Shown: positions 18,958 to 31,127 of the stretch, one piece after another | Position numbering within the stretch: the first letter of the stretch is position 1 | How the letters are laid out: the number at the start of each line of letters is the position of its first letter | Origin: an uncultured Candidatus Saccharibacteria bacterium | GTDB lineage: Bacteria > Patescibacteriota > Minisyncoccia > Ryanbacterales > GWA2-47-10b | DNA: 64,000 nucleotides | Direction of reading: 5' to 3' | Assembly: GCA_964356915.1 (NCBI GenBank) | Contig: CAYHJF010000002.1 | Location: 148,522 to 212,521 of the forward strand | Program-made: the position numbers and the translations under genes | The notes under the pieces: model-generated | The model's database searches: none | Told to the model about the DNA's origin: nothing | The model's input: the letters and a program-made list of their open reading frames with translations, nothing else

Positions 18958-18994
18958 ATTCGATAGAATACCTTCCTGGCCATCTCTTGTAAAC

Positions 18995-19783
18995 TTAATC
19001 GAAAAGTCCGCGCGGACGCTTGAACGCATCAAACGCCGTAGATGCCGCGCTTCGATAATTACAGTAGTCACAACTTGGGTCAGGAGTTGGAGGCGTGTCC
19101 TTTTCCAGACACTTCCGCGCCGCCTTAATTGCCTTCTCAACCCATGTATCACTCCCCGTATACGATATCACTTTAACATCAAACTCTAATTTACCATCGA
19201 ACGCTTTGCGATCGCGCCTGCCATTTGCATACACAAAGTATCCGGTATTAGAAACTTTGAACTTATTTTGACGTAGCAACCATTGATAAATTTCCATCTG
19301 ACGCTTATATCCATCCTGCCAATCAGCATCAAGATTTACTTCACTATCTTTACTTGTAGATTTATAATCTACAACCAACAACTCACCCCCTGGATTCACC
19401 CATACGTCATCCACCGCACCCGTAATCAAAAAATTAGTAGGAACGTACAAATATTGCACCCCTACAAAATTTTCGCGCCACTTATCAAGATCTTTGTGCT
19501 GAAATGGCACCGCATCAATACCGTACTCACTCATCAGTGGATGAGAGCTTTTCGCCGCGCGATGAATATCAAATTCTTTTTTCAAAAGTACATCTACTGC
19601 GGAGTTAAGATTAAATGGAAACCCTGGAGGCTGACCAACGCCCAAACGGACGTCGAGATAAAAACATAACTGACAACGAACAAAGTTTTCAATCTTTGAG
19701 CGTGAAAGTCGATATGTCTCCTTAGATTCAGGATTGAAAATATTGCGCGTTCGCTTTCCTTTGTACGCAGATGTAAATGTCAT
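18995..19783 (-). CDS. PD-(D/E)xK nuclease, Cas4/RecB-like, with probable Fe-S cysteines
   Basis: Motifs 'GAVDDVWV' (D), 'VVDYKST' (DxK) and 'RQMEIYQWL' (QxxxY); N-terminal CxxC and C-terminal 'CDYCNY'. No CRISPR array nearby. Confidence 0.55.
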   Translation of the reverse strand: MTFTSAYKGKRTRNIFNPESKETYRLSRSKIENFVRCQLCFYLDVRLGVGQPPGFPFNLNSAVDVLLKKEFDIHRAAKSSHPLMSEYGIDAVPFQHKDLDKWRENFVGVQYLYVPTNFLITGAVDDVWVNPGGELLVVDYKSTSKDSEVNLDADWQDGYKRQMEIYQWLLRQNKFKVSNTGYFVYANGRRDRKAFDGKLEFDVKVISYTGSDTWVEKAIKAARKCLEKDTPPTPDPSCDYCNYRSAASTAFDAFKRPRGLFD

Positions 19784-20247
19784 ATCATCGCTTCCAAATC
19801 AGCCAATACCTCAGCAGCGTGAAGCGCTGGTTTTACATCTTCATATATTTTCGCGATTTTACCCTTTGGATCAATCAAAAATGACCAGCGTCGAATTCCC
19901 ATATACTCGCGCCCCATAAATTTCTTCTTCCCCCACACCTCATACGCCTGTACTACTTCTTTTTCAATATCAGCAAGAAGTGGAAATGGTAAGTCATACT
20001 TTTGGGCAAATCGCTCGTGCTTTTCTACCGTATCGATACTTACACCAAGTACCACTGCTTTAATTTTTTTAAAACTACTATAATTATCGCGAAGCATGCA
20101 CGCCTCTTTTGTACATCCGGGCGTATCATCTTTTGGATAAAAATAAAGCAACACCCACTGACCCTTATAGCCAGCGAGCTTATGACTCTTCCCTTCTTGG
20201 TCTGGCAACGTAAAATCAGGCGCCTTATCTCCAATAGTTAATTTCAT
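19780..20247 (-). CDS. bcp: Peroxiredoxin, Bcp-type thiol peroxidase
   Basis: 'YFYPKDDTPGCTKEAC' peroxidatic-Cys motif; start taken at MKLTIGDKAPDF. Confidence 0.8.
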   Translation of the reverse strand: MKLTIGDKAPDFTLPDQEGKSHKLAGYKGQWVLLYFYPKDDTPGCTKEACMLRDNYSSFKKIKAVVLGVSIDTVEKHERFAQKYDLPFPLLADIEKEVVQAYEVWGKKKFMGREYMGIRRWSFLIDPKGKIAKIYEDVKPALHAAEVLADLEAMI

Positions 20248-20335
20248 AGATGAGATTATATCACGTCGGAGACAAGGCGCGAAAATCATTTGCCTACAAG
20301 AATTTTTAGGCTGACTTGATTTTTCAATAAAATCG

Positions 20336-20344
20336 TGCTATAAT
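20336..20344 (+). promoter_or_regulatory. Extended -10 promoter element (TGCTATAAT)
   Basis: TGnTATAAT consensus about 38 nt upstream of an RBS-preceded ATG. Confidence 0.35.
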
Positions 20345-20381
20345 AATAAAAATTAGTCCTTTGCCAAGGAGGGTGTAGCGG

Positions 20382-20543
20382 ATGAAAAAGTGGTGGCAAG
20401 AGTTGACTCCAAGTCAGCGGTACAGGTTTCGACGCGATATGTGGCTGATCATCTGGATCGGTTGCATACTTGCAATCTCATGGACGCTCGAACGTAACAT
20501 CGTCGCAAGCGCACAATGCTCGCGAACTGTCACACGGAGGTGA
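20382..20543 (+). CDS. Small (53 aa) single-TM protein
   Basis: AAGGAGGG RBS 8 nt upstream of the ATG; hydrophobic core 'MWLIIWIGCILAISW'. Below the ORF-track length cut-off. Confidence 0.4.
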   Translation: MKKWWQELTPSQRYRFRRDMWLIIWIGCILAISWTLERNIVASAQCSRTVTRR

Positions 20544-20545
20544 AT

Positions 20546-20812
20546 GTGAATCAACCGCACGTCGATCTCACACGACGCGAAGTCTGGATTCTAGTCGGGG
20601 GTATCAAGTGCCTCTGGCCAATCAAGGAAAACGGCCGACTCGGGAAAGTCCGAAAATCCCGCACTGGCTGGGGAAGAGACGAATCAAGCCTCTCGGTCCC
20701 CAGAACCGATTTCACGCGCGCAGTGCGTATATGCGCATCGGCCGCAGCCGATCACACGCGTCGCGCCGCCCTACGCGTAGGGAAAGCCCAGGGGGAACTC
20801 ATCCCTCAATGA
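20546..20812 (+). CDS. Possible small, basic, Arg-rich protein (88 aa), translationally coupled to the upstream small ORF; a structured RNA is an alternative reading
   Basis: GGAGG RBS 5 nt before a GTG that follows the upstream stop directly. GC-rich, with unusual composition. Confidence 0.25.
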   Translation: MNQPHVDLTRREVWILVGGIKCLWPIKENGRLGKVRKSRTGWGRDESSLSVPRTDFTRAVRICASAAADHTRRAALRVGKAQGELIPQ

Positions 20813-20840
20813 ATCCTCATCGTATCAAATCAATCACATA

Positions 20841-20878
20841 GCCCCGGCATGCAATACATGACCGGGGCGTTCTTTTTA
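20841..20878 (+). terminator. Rho-independent terminator
   Basis: GCCCCGG ... CCGGGGC stem followed by TTCTTTTT. Confidence 0.6.
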
Positions 20879-20980
20879 TGCGTACGTAAATTTATTGCAC
20901 TGCAATTGCTTTTTATATAAAATTATGTTTTAATGCTTGACGGAATGATAAAGTTTGATGTTCAAGCGAGACTGGATTAA

Positions 20981-21562
20981 ATGACAGAAGCGGAAAAATT
21001 GCTTATTGGAGAGTTAAAAAAGCTTGACATTATAGTACCTCTCCAAGAAGACCTTATTGAGTTAGATAATGGAGTGATCCTCATTGCTTGTGGCGACTGT
21101 GATAGGCTGCCATCACTCGAACAATGGATCAAAAGACTCTTTAGAAAACGTGGCCTCGAGCCACGCATTCACCGCATCTATCTGAACGGAGGCGGGGCTC
21201 TCATTCCATCTGAATCGCGTGTCGCTCGCTGTAATGAAGGAGCAACTATCATCCATCATGTTCAACAGGCATCACGCTTGCGAAACATCTATATCGTACT
21301 TGATGCAACACACTTCGAATGTGGCGCAGCCAAAGAAGTGGGCGTCAATCTGCGTGCACTCTTAAAATATAAAATCCTTGGTAAGCGCCGCCTCAAGCGT
21401 GGCGCTCGCGACATTAAGAAAGTCTATTCTCTTCTACACCTACACTACCAAGATTCGCGTGACCGCACATACATCGTACATACCAAGGAACTAGGTGCAT
21501 ACTTGCGACGTACCGCTCCTCCACCAGAAGAAGCGAAAAGGCGACGTCGACACGCCGCCTAA
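20981..21562 (+). CDS. Beta-carbonic-anhydrase-like domain protein (divergent)
   Basis: 'IACGDCDR', 'LNGGGA' and 'THFECGA' parallel the CxDxR / NAGN / HxxCGA motifs of beta-class carbonic anhydrases; paralogous to the convergent neighbour. Confidence 0.35.
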   Translation: MTEAEKLLIGELKKLDIIVPLQEDLIELDNGVILIACGDCDRLPSLEQWIKRLFRKRGLEPRIHRIYLNGGGALIPSESRVARCNEGATIIHHVQQASRLRNIYIVLDATHFECGAAKEVGVNLRALLKYKILGKRRLKRGARDIKKVYSLLHLHYQDSRDRTYIVHTKELGAYLRRTAPPPEEAKRRRRHAA

Positions 21563-21569
21563 CCTAACA

Positions 21570-21602
21570 CCTCGTAGGCACCGCCTACGAGGATTTTTAT
21601 TC
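21570..21602. terminator. Bidirectional terminator between convergent genes
   Basis: CTCGTAGGC ... GCCTACGAG stem followed by GATTTTTATT. Confidence 0.55.
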
Positions 21603-22013
21603 TACTGACTGTAATCCGTTAAAATCCGCGAAGTGCGCAACTACACTAACATTAGGAAATGCACTCGATACGACTGCCCGTGCTTTTATAAGTTCCGTAG
21701 AATAAAAATCCGGATCAGCAGAACCTCCATACGCACCACACTCTGAATGCGCCATAAGAACTACCTGCTCTGTATGATGAAGTTTTATTGACTTTGCAAT
21801 TTGGTCGAGAATATACGCGCGATTTGATTCAATTTCAGGACTTGCAAGATCTTTTGCGCCTCCAGCAACTTTTACTAAATCAATATGTGAAAACTGAAAT
21901 TTTTGAATGAACTGGTCAAGTAATTTTGAAAAGCGGCCATCAAAACACCACACAATGCACGCATCTGCTTTGTAATGCTGGGGATCGCTCTGATGGTCGA
22001 TAACTCTTTGCAT
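21597..22013 (-). CDS. Beta-carbonic-anhydrase-like protein (short, 138 aa)
   Basis: 'WCFDGRF' (CxDxR), 'VAGGAKD' and 'AHSECGAYGG' (HxxCGA) in the expected order and spacing. Confidence 0.45.
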   Translation of the reverse strand: MQRVIDHQSDPQHYKADACIVWCFDGRFSKLLDQFIQKFQFSHIDLVKVAGGAKDLASPEIESNRAYILDQIAKSIKLHHTEQVVLMAHSECGAYGGSADPDFYSTELIKARAVVSSAFPNVSVVAHFADFNGLQSVE

Positions 22014-22039
22014 AAATAATTTATACAGAAATAATTATT

Positions 22040-24611
<2,572 letters not shown>

Positions 24612-24612
24612 A

Positions 24613-26151
24613 TTAGAGATTCTCTGAGCGTTTAAACTCTTCGATCGCACCCTTAAGCATCGCCTCCATATCCGGCGTAAATTCACCAGTTTTTTGGATT
24701 GGCTCTAAAATCGTTTCTTTGTGGAGCGCGCGAAGATACTGGATAAACTTACCCTCTGTCTCTTTAATTTGCTGGAGCGGCATTCCATCAAAATATCCTC
24801 CCAACGCCGCGTAAAGCACAACAACCTCTTCTTCAATTGGCAACGGCTCACGATCATTTTGTTTTAAAATCTCTGTCAAAAGTTGCCCGCGTTCAATCCG
24901 TCGTTTTGTCTCAGGATCGAGGTCGGATGCAAATTGTACGAACGCGGCGAGTTCTCGAAATTGCGCGAGCTCCAAGCGGAGTTTACCTGCAACTTTTTTC
25001 ATTGCTTTCGTTTGAGCCGCAGATCCTACGCGAGAGACGGATAACCCAACGTTAACCGCGGGACGCACACCTTGATGAAAAAGCTGAGACTCAAGATAAA
25101 TCTGTCCATCGGTAATTGAAATAACATTCGTTGGCACATATGCGGAAACATCACCAAGCTGGGTCTCAATAATAGGAAGTGCCGTAAGAGATCCTCCTCC
25201 GTGTTTTTTATCAAGCTTTGCTGCACGCTCAAGAAGTCGTGAATGAAGATAGAAAATATCACCCGGATACGCCTCGCGACCTGGCGGTCGACGAAGTAAA
25301 AGTGAAAGTTCGCGGTATGCACCCGCATGCTTTGAAAGATCATCATACACAATGAGAGCATCCTGCCCCTGATCCATAAAATATTCTCCAATCGCGCAAC
25401 CCGCGTATGGCGCGAGAAACTGGAGGGAGGCTGGCGCGGAAGCGGGCGCGGAAACAACAACCGTATATTTCATAGCACCCGCTTCTTCGAGGACTTTTAC
25501 AATCTTTGCAACTTTTGATTCTTTTTGACCTACTGCAACATAAATACAAATTGGAGTCTTGCGCGCCGTATCGTTTTTTTGATTTAAGATAGCATCGAGT
25601 GCGATCGCCGTCTTACCCGTCTGACGATCACCGATAATAAGTTCTCGCTGACCACGACCAATCGGGATCATCGCATCAATTGCCTTGATACCGGTCTGAA
25701 TTGGCGCGTTCACTGATTCGCGATCTACTACCGAAGGCGCGCTTCGCTCAAGCAGATAATCATCTGCATCTTCGGGGTGATGAAATAATGCCCCCTTATC
25801 ATCAATAGGCCGTCCGAGCGGATCAACTACTCGACCAATGAGCTCTTTTCCCACCTTAATAGAAAGTACTCGACCAGTTGATTTTACTTTCGCACCAACA
25901 GAAACACTCTGAGCACTATCCAATACAACGGCGCCGATAAAGCTCTCTTCAAGATTAAACGCAATCGCGGGGATATCTTCGCCACGACTGTTTTCAATCA
26001 ATAGCAACTCCTGACTCATTGCTTCGGTAAGTCCCGATACGCGCGCGATGCCATCACCCGCCTCAACAACAGTCCCGATTTTTTCGAGCTTTACTGAATT
26101 ACGGTATCCCTGAAGTTCTTTCTTTAATTTTTCTACAAGATCGTAGTTCAT
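24613..26151 (-). CDS. atpA: F-type ATP synthase alpha subunit
   Basis: 'GDRQTGKT' Walker A. Confidence 0.95.
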   Translation of the reverse strand: MNYDLVEKLKKELQGYRNSVKLEKIGTVVEAGDGIARVSGLTEAMSQELLLIENSRGEDIPAIAFNLEESFIGAVVLDSAQSVSVGAKVKSTGRVLSIKVGKELIGRVVDPLGRPIDDKGALFHHPEDADDYLLERSAPSVVDRESVNAPIQTGIKAIDAMIPIGRGQRELIIGDRQTGKTAIALDAILNQKNDTARKTPICIYVAVGQKESKVAKIVKVLEEAGAMKYTVVVSAPASAPASLQFLAPYAGCAIGEYFMDQGQDALIVYDDLSKHAGAYRELSLLLRRPPGREAYPGDIFYLHSRLLERAAKLDKKHGGGSLTALPIIETQLGDVSAYVPTNVISITDGQIYLESQLFHQGVRPAVNVGLSVSRVGSAAQTKAMKKVAGKLRLELAQFRELAAFVQFASDLDPETKRRIERGQLLTEILKQNDREPLPIEEEVVVLYAALGGYFDGMPLQQIKETEGKFIQYLRALHKETILEPIQKTGEFTPDMEAMLKGAIEEFKRSENL

Positions 26152-26537
26152 AGTTCTTTCTTAAACATATCTTTCAATTTTCGAGCCATTGAGTTATCCA
26201 ATTCTCGCTCGCCATCGATCACAATACGAACGCCTGCAACAAGACTTGTATTAACGCTCACATCGATTCGATCAACTGCACGAAACCGCTTCTTTAACTC
26301 ATTTATAAGCGCTAAAGGAACAGGACGAGCAAACTCCAGTTGAACCTCCCTTCCTCCCTGTTTTTTTGTTATAAATCGTTCAATCTCACGTATGATTCTT
26401 TCTGCCCGTGACCAATCTCCATTTTTATCGATAACATCAAAAAGTCGCTTCGTAAACATGTTGCGAACATTCTCAGGCGCAGCCTCGTATACATCTGCAA
26501 ACGCGCGCGCATACATTTGAGGAGAAAGTTTACTCAT
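26148..26537 (-). CDS. atpH: F-type ATP synthase delta (OSCP) subunit, short
   Basis: Operon position; OSCP-like C-terminal region. Confidence 0.7.
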   Translation of the reverse strand: MSKLSPQMYARAFADVYEAAPENVRNMFTKRLFDVIDKNGDWSRAERIIREIERFITKKQGGREVQLEFARPVPLALINELKKRFRAVDRIDVSVNTSLVAGVRIVIDGERELDNSMARKLKDMFKKEL

Positions 26538-27040
26538 GCAAAGTTTTCTTTGGCCATACGAAGTGCATCTTTGATCAATTTTTCGTCAATCTTTGCAGGA
26601 TCCATCTCAACCGTCTTTGTAATCGCCTCTCTGATAAATCGCTCGGCACGACGCTCAAGCTTTGCAAACTCTTCTGTAGCTCTCTGCTCTACAATAAGAG
26701 CTCCTTCTTTCACAATTTCACCAGCACGGCTCTCAGCACTTTTAATAATTTCCCCTCCGCGCATCCCTGCTTCACGCTCCGCTTCAGTAATAAGCGCGGC
26801 AGCCTCATGATCCGCCTCCGCCATTCGTGCATCTCGTAACGTATCAATCTCTGCGAGTCGTTCTTTTGCTTTTTTTGCGTCCTCAAGCCCTTCCTCAATC
26901 TTAGCTCTCCGATCTGCCATGAGCCGCAAAAGGGGCTTATAAACAAATATCGTCAATACGACAAGAAGTATGCTGAAGTTGGCTGTCTGTGAGACAAGCA
27001 ACTTCCAATCAACGCCAAGTTGACTAAATAATCCTGCCAT
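26534..27040 (-). CDS. atpF: F-type ATP synthase subunit b
   Basis: N-terminal TM helix followed by a long charged helix. Confidence 0.8.
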   Translation of the reverse strand: MAGLFSQLGVDWKLLVSQTANFSILLVVLTIFVYKPLLRLMADRRAKIEEGLEDAKKAKERLAEIDTLRDARMAEADHEAAALITEAEREAGMRGGEIIKSAESRAGEIVKEGALIVEQRATEEFAKLERRAERFIREAITKTVEMDPAKIDEKLIKDALRMAKENFA

Positions 27041-27057
27041 ACTCTATAGCAATAAGC

Positions 27058-27306
<249 letters not shown>

Positions 27307-27326
27307 TTAATAACACCCGACCTCTA

Positions 27327-28076
27327 TTAATGAGCCGTCTCTTCGCTAGTCGCCATTGCGACAAACACGAGCGTCAGCATTGCAAAGATAAATGCCTGGA
27401 TCATACCTACGAATACCTCAAGAAAGAGAAACGGGAGCGGCACCACGTAAGGCACCAGAAACCCAACAATCGTAAGTAAAACCTCTCCAGCAAATACGTT
27501 CCCAAATAACCGAAATGAGAACGAGATAATCTTAACAAATTCCGACACAAATTCAAGGAGACCAACAAACGTATAGATTGGATTTTTAAGCGTAAAAAAT
27601 TTACTCATGTGCTTCCAAAAACCGATCGCGAGCACTCCTAAAATATTAACCGAAAGAATTGATATGATCGCAAGCCCAATAGTAAAATTCAAATCCGCAG
27701 AAGGAGCACGAAAGATGGGTACAAGACGATCATGTTCTCCGACAACCCCATGTTCCATAAGACCAATAGGACCCACTCCGGGCAAAAGACCGAACCAATT
27801 TGAAAACATCACAAACAAAAATATTGTCACGATAATCGGTAAATACTTCTCTGACTTATGTCGATCTCCGAGTACCGAATCCATAACATCTAAAAACTGT
27901 TCAATCAAAAGCTCAAAACTACTTTGAAGCATATTTGGCACAAGAGTAAATCGTCTCCATGCAACAACTGAAACCACTGTAAGCACCCCAACAACAATCA
28001 TTGCGGTTAAAAGTGAATTGGTTATAGGCCATCCAGCGATAGTAAAAATTTTTTCCGCAATAAGAGATATATGCAT
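27327..28076 (-). CDS. atpB: F-type ATP synthase subunit a
   Basis: 'FRLFGNVFAGEVLL' motif. Confidence 0.9.
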   Translation of the reverse strand: MHISLIAEKIFTIAGWPITNSLLTAMIVVGVLTVVSVVAWRRFTLVPNMLQSSFELLIEQFLDVMDSVLGDRHKSEKYLPIIVTIFLFVMFSNWFGLLPGVGPIGLMEHGVVGEHDRLVPIFRAPSADLNFTIGLAIISILSVNILGVLAIGFWKHMSKFFTLKNPIYTFVGLLEFVSEFVKIISFSFRLFGNVFAGEVLLTIVGFLVPYVVPLPFLFLEVFVGMIQAFIFAMLTLVFVAMATSEETAH

Positions 28077-28135
28077 AAAGCGCGCCCATCATACCAAAAA
28101 ATCATAAATAAAAAAAGCGTTAGATTTTTCATATC

Positions 28136-28666
28136 CTAACGCTTCAAAATTTCCTGAGCAAAACCGTAAGATATAGCCTCCGGTCCACGAATCTGCATTT
28201 CCTCTGCCATAAGACGGGCCATCTCAGAGATAGAATGCCCCGTACGTTCAGCATAAATCGCGTGACAACGCTGCTCGGTATCGCGACCCTCAGTAGCAAG
28301 CCTATCGAGCTCTCGAGGACTAAATCGTCCCTCCAAGTCACGCCCAACAGGATGAAGATAGAGTGCGGCTCGCTCACCCATATACCGATAATCTCCCGCG
28401 AGATATACTAGCACGGCAGCAGATGCAACCATGCCGGTCGCGACCATATTAAGACGCTTTACCGGTATGACATTTCGTACGAGATCATACATCGCAAGCG
28501 CAGCCTCAACGGCACCGCCATCCGAGTACATGATGACATTGATTGGCTTTTCGACATCAACCTCAACAAGCGCGCAATATTGCTTACGAAATCGATTGAG
28601 CTGACGCTCTGATATAGAGCCAGAAACAAAGATCGTCCGTCTCGGATCAAACTCGGTCTTTCCCAT
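28136..28666 (-). CDS. ClpP-family (S14) protease-like protein, short
   Basis: ClpP-like core 'SDGGAVEAALAMYDL...TGMVASAA...LHPVG'. Confidence 0.55.
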   Translation of the reverse strand: MGKTEFDPRRTIFVSGSISERQLNRFRKQYCALVEVDVEKPINVIMYSDGGAVEAALAMYDLVRNVIPVKRLNMVATGMVASAAVLVYLAGDYRYMGERAALYLHPVGRDLEGRFSPRELDRLATEGRDTEQRCHAIYAERTGHSISEMARLMAEEMQIRGPEAISYGFAQEILKR

Positions 28667-28743
28667 CTAATATCCCCTCCTCCGTCAAGATACCACTCCG
28701 CCTACAAAGTAACACATTTAAATAAGTAGTCAATATGACTCCT

Positions 28744-29607
28744 CTACCGTATGAGACTTTTTAAAATCTGAATATTCTTTTTATCTGGTCCTGTTTCATC
28801 AAATCCAGGAACTTCAAGAAGCCATGCGGGCTTTTGAAAATCTTTATTATTAATCAACGCCCGAAATGATTCTTTACCTAAATATCCTTCTCCAATATTT
28901 TCATGACGATCTCGATGAGAATCATATGGTGTTTTTGAGTCGTTAACGTGCATCGCGACTAATCGCTCAAGCCCAACCGTATCATTAATCTTTTTGGCGA
29001 GTTCCTTAACCGATGTGGGCGTATATTCGCGTACACTACCTGACTCAAATGCATGCGCCGTGTCAAAACACATTGCAAGACGCGAAGAATCAACAAGCCC
29101 CATAATATGCGCAACCTCTTCGAGACGGGAGCCGATTGTCTCTCCTCCTCCCGCGCTATTTTCAATAACAAGCAAACTCTTTCCGGAAACTTTTTTCAAA
29201 ACTTCTTTTAGCTTACTAACAACGAGCGGATAGGCATCCTCGCGCGGCATTTCTTTGCCAGATCCAATATGAAAAATTAATCCCTCAGCCTCTATAGCAT
29301 TCGCAATCTTAAAATGTCCCTCCAGCAACCCCGCAGACATTGCGCGCGATTGAGCATTTGGAGAGGCAAGATTGATTAAGTATGGCGCGTGTAAATATAC
29401 CGCCTTAATACCAGCCTTTTTACGCTCTTGTTTAAATCGTTCGATATCTTCAGACGAATGCTGCGTTACTTTCCACTGACGAGGAGAAGAGCCAAACATC
29501 TGGATTGATTCAGCGCCAATAGCCATAGCATTTTCAATTGCCCTATAGATACCGCCTGCGGCCGATACATGACCACCAATATATGGACCCCTATGCTTTA
29601 TCGCCAC
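28744..29607 (-). CDS. nfo: Endonuclease IV (AP endonuclease)
   Basis: 'HAPYLINLAS', 'LVIENSAGGG' and 'CFDTAHAF' motifs. Confidence 0.85.
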   Translation of the reverse strand: MAIKHRGPYIGGHVSAAGGIYRAIENAMAIGAESIQMFGSSPRQWKVTQHSSEDIERFKQERKKAGIKAVYLHAPYLINLASPNAQSRAMSAGLLEGHFKIANAIEAEGLIFHIGSGKEMPREDAYPLVVSKLKEVLKKVSGKSLLVIENSAGGGETIGSRLEEVAHIMGLVDSSRLAMCFDTAHAFESGSVREYTPTSVKELAKKINDTVGLERLVAMHVNDSKTPYDSHRDRHENIGEGYLGKESFRALINNKDFQKPAWLLEVPGFDETGPDKKNIQILKSLIR

Positions 29608-29656
29608 TAATATCGTTCTAAGAATTTTATAATCCCAATACTATCACTCTCTCGCA

Positions 29657-29944
29657 CTATGACAAAGCACCTTCGCGACGCAAAAGTTCCTGTTTTTTCT
29701 TGATACCACGGTTATACCCACCAAGTGTTCCATCCGAACAAATAACTCGATGGCATGGAATGTGTGGGTCATAATTTGTACCAATAATCGCGCCTACGGC
29801 ACGTGCCGCACGAGCATTCCCTGCGCGCCGCGCGACTTCGCCATAGGTCAGCACTGATCCACGTGGAATATGTCGAACAATATCAAGAACGCGACCTCTA
29901 AAGAGTTGCGAACGTGAGACCTTCTGTTGTTTTTTTGAGTACAC
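29657..29944 (-). CDS. MGMT-family protein (O6-alkylguanine-DNA alkyltransferase DNA-binding/active-site domain only)
   Basis: 'PCHRVI' active-site motif. The listed start overlaps the upstream ORF; the true start may be internal. Confidence 0.65.
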   Translation of the reverse strand: MYSKKQQKVSRSQLFRGRVLDIVRHIPRGSVLTYGEVARRAGNARAARAVGAIIGTNYDPHIPCHRVICSDGTLGGYNRGIKKKQELLRREGALS

Positions 29945-30347
29945 CTTCTTCTACAAGTTCTTCAATAATATGAGTAGCCGCACCCTCTGGTAAATCGAGA
30001 AGCGCAAATGCGTCACTAATTGGCACGAGACCTCGCTCTGAAACAAATGTTGTGAGCGCTTCTTTCAATTCCGCACGCTTCATCATCCACATATCAACTG
30101 GATCATCGAGCACATGATTATGTTCACCGCTCTCAACTTCTTTCTGCTGTACGTCTTTCGTGCCTCGCGCGATAAAATATAAATAATACATATCTAACAG
30201 CGCAAACGTATTGAGAAGCAGTAGTGCAATAAACCAGCCTCGATGCTCTCGCTGTGCCGCGCGCCACAATGCGATACCTTTCCACGGCAAAGACCAAAGC
30301 ACAATCAGTGCAATGATTTTTGGATCAATGTTCAAAAGTGCATCCAT
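29898..30347 (-). CDS. Hypothetical small membrane protein
   Basis: Two N-terminal TM helices; no family recognised. Confidence 0.35.
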   Translation of the reverse strand: MDALLNIDPKIIALIVLWSLPWKGIALWRAAQREHRGWFIALLLLNTFALLDMYYLYFIARGTKDVQQKEVESGEHNHVLDDPVDMWMMKRAELKEALTTFVSERGLVPISDAFALLDLPEGAATHIIEELVEEGVLKKTTEGLTFATL

Positions 30348-30353
30348 ATGTAA

Positions 30354-31127
30354 CTACTCTCTCATCTTATACCCCGTCTTGAAGAGATACCACACCGTCC
30401 ACCCAGAACCGAACATAAGCCCAAGAATAACAACCCACCCAACTACCGCGTTTGATTCACACACATTAATCATGGAACATCGAAGTCCATCTACAAAATA
30501 GAAAAATGGATTTACACGTACAACCCACTGTAAGCCTCTCGGCATCATTTCAATTGAGTTGAAAACACCTCCTAAAAATGTAAGCGGTGTAATGATGAAA
30601 ATACTGGGGAGTGAAAGTTGTTCGAAGTTCTTAGACCACAATGCAACCAACATACCAGCAAATGCAAAAATCATAGAAATTGAAACAACGTAAAAAATCA
30701 TAGCCCATACATGCGCAACCGTAGCCGCAGTAAAAAAGATTGCCATTACATAGACACCGAACCCAACAACAACAGCACGAATTACACCACTCACCATAAA
30801 CCCAATAATCATCTCAAGATATGAGAATGGAGCAATAAGAATCTCTTCGATAGAGCGTGTCCACTTCATAATATACACCGCAAACGATGTATGCATGAAC
30901 GCCGCAGACATAAGATTCATCATCACGAGCCCTGGCAAAACAAAATCGATATATGGCACTCCTTTAATGAGCGCGATGCGCTGACCCACAACGTGACCAA
31001 ATACAAGGATATAAAGAAGCGCACCGCTCCATGGCGCACCGAGCGTCTGAATCCATACGCGAAATACACGTCCTACTTCACGAGAGACAAATGTATATAA
31101 TCCGATCCAATTCACTTGATCTTTCAT
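30354..31127 (-). CDS. ABC-2 type transporter permease
   Basis: Six-TM ABC-2 topology; overlaps the stop of the ATPase gene. Confidence 0.7.
   Translation of the reverse strand: MKDQVNWIGLYTFVSREVGRVFRVWIQTLGAPWSGALLYILVFGHVVGQRIALIKGVPYIDFVLPGLVMMNLMSAAFMHTSFAVYIMKWTRSIEEILIAPFSYLEMIIGFMVSGVIRAVVVGFGVYVMAIFFTAATVAHVWAMIFYVVSISMIFAFAGMLVALWSKNFEQLSLPSIFIITPLTFLGGVFNSIEMMPRGLQWVVRVNPFFYFVDGLRCSMINVCESNAVVGWVVILGLMFGSGWTVWYLFKTGYKMRE

Noticed and set aside
20382-20460. tmRNA-like 'GGTTTCGACGCG' string together with nearby 'GGGAAAGTCCG' (RNase P P4-like) in the GC-rich island
   Set aside because: No GGGG acceptor-stem start at the right spacing and no T-arm/CCA-like 3' end for a tmRNA. No complementary P4 partner strand for RNase P RNA. 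The first string lies inside a well-supported RBS-preceded small ORF.
24837-25549. ORFs antisense to or in alternative frames within atpA (24837..25055, 25026..25460, 25343..25549)
   Set aside because: They lie inside a highly conserved atpA coding region, and their translations are low-complexity.
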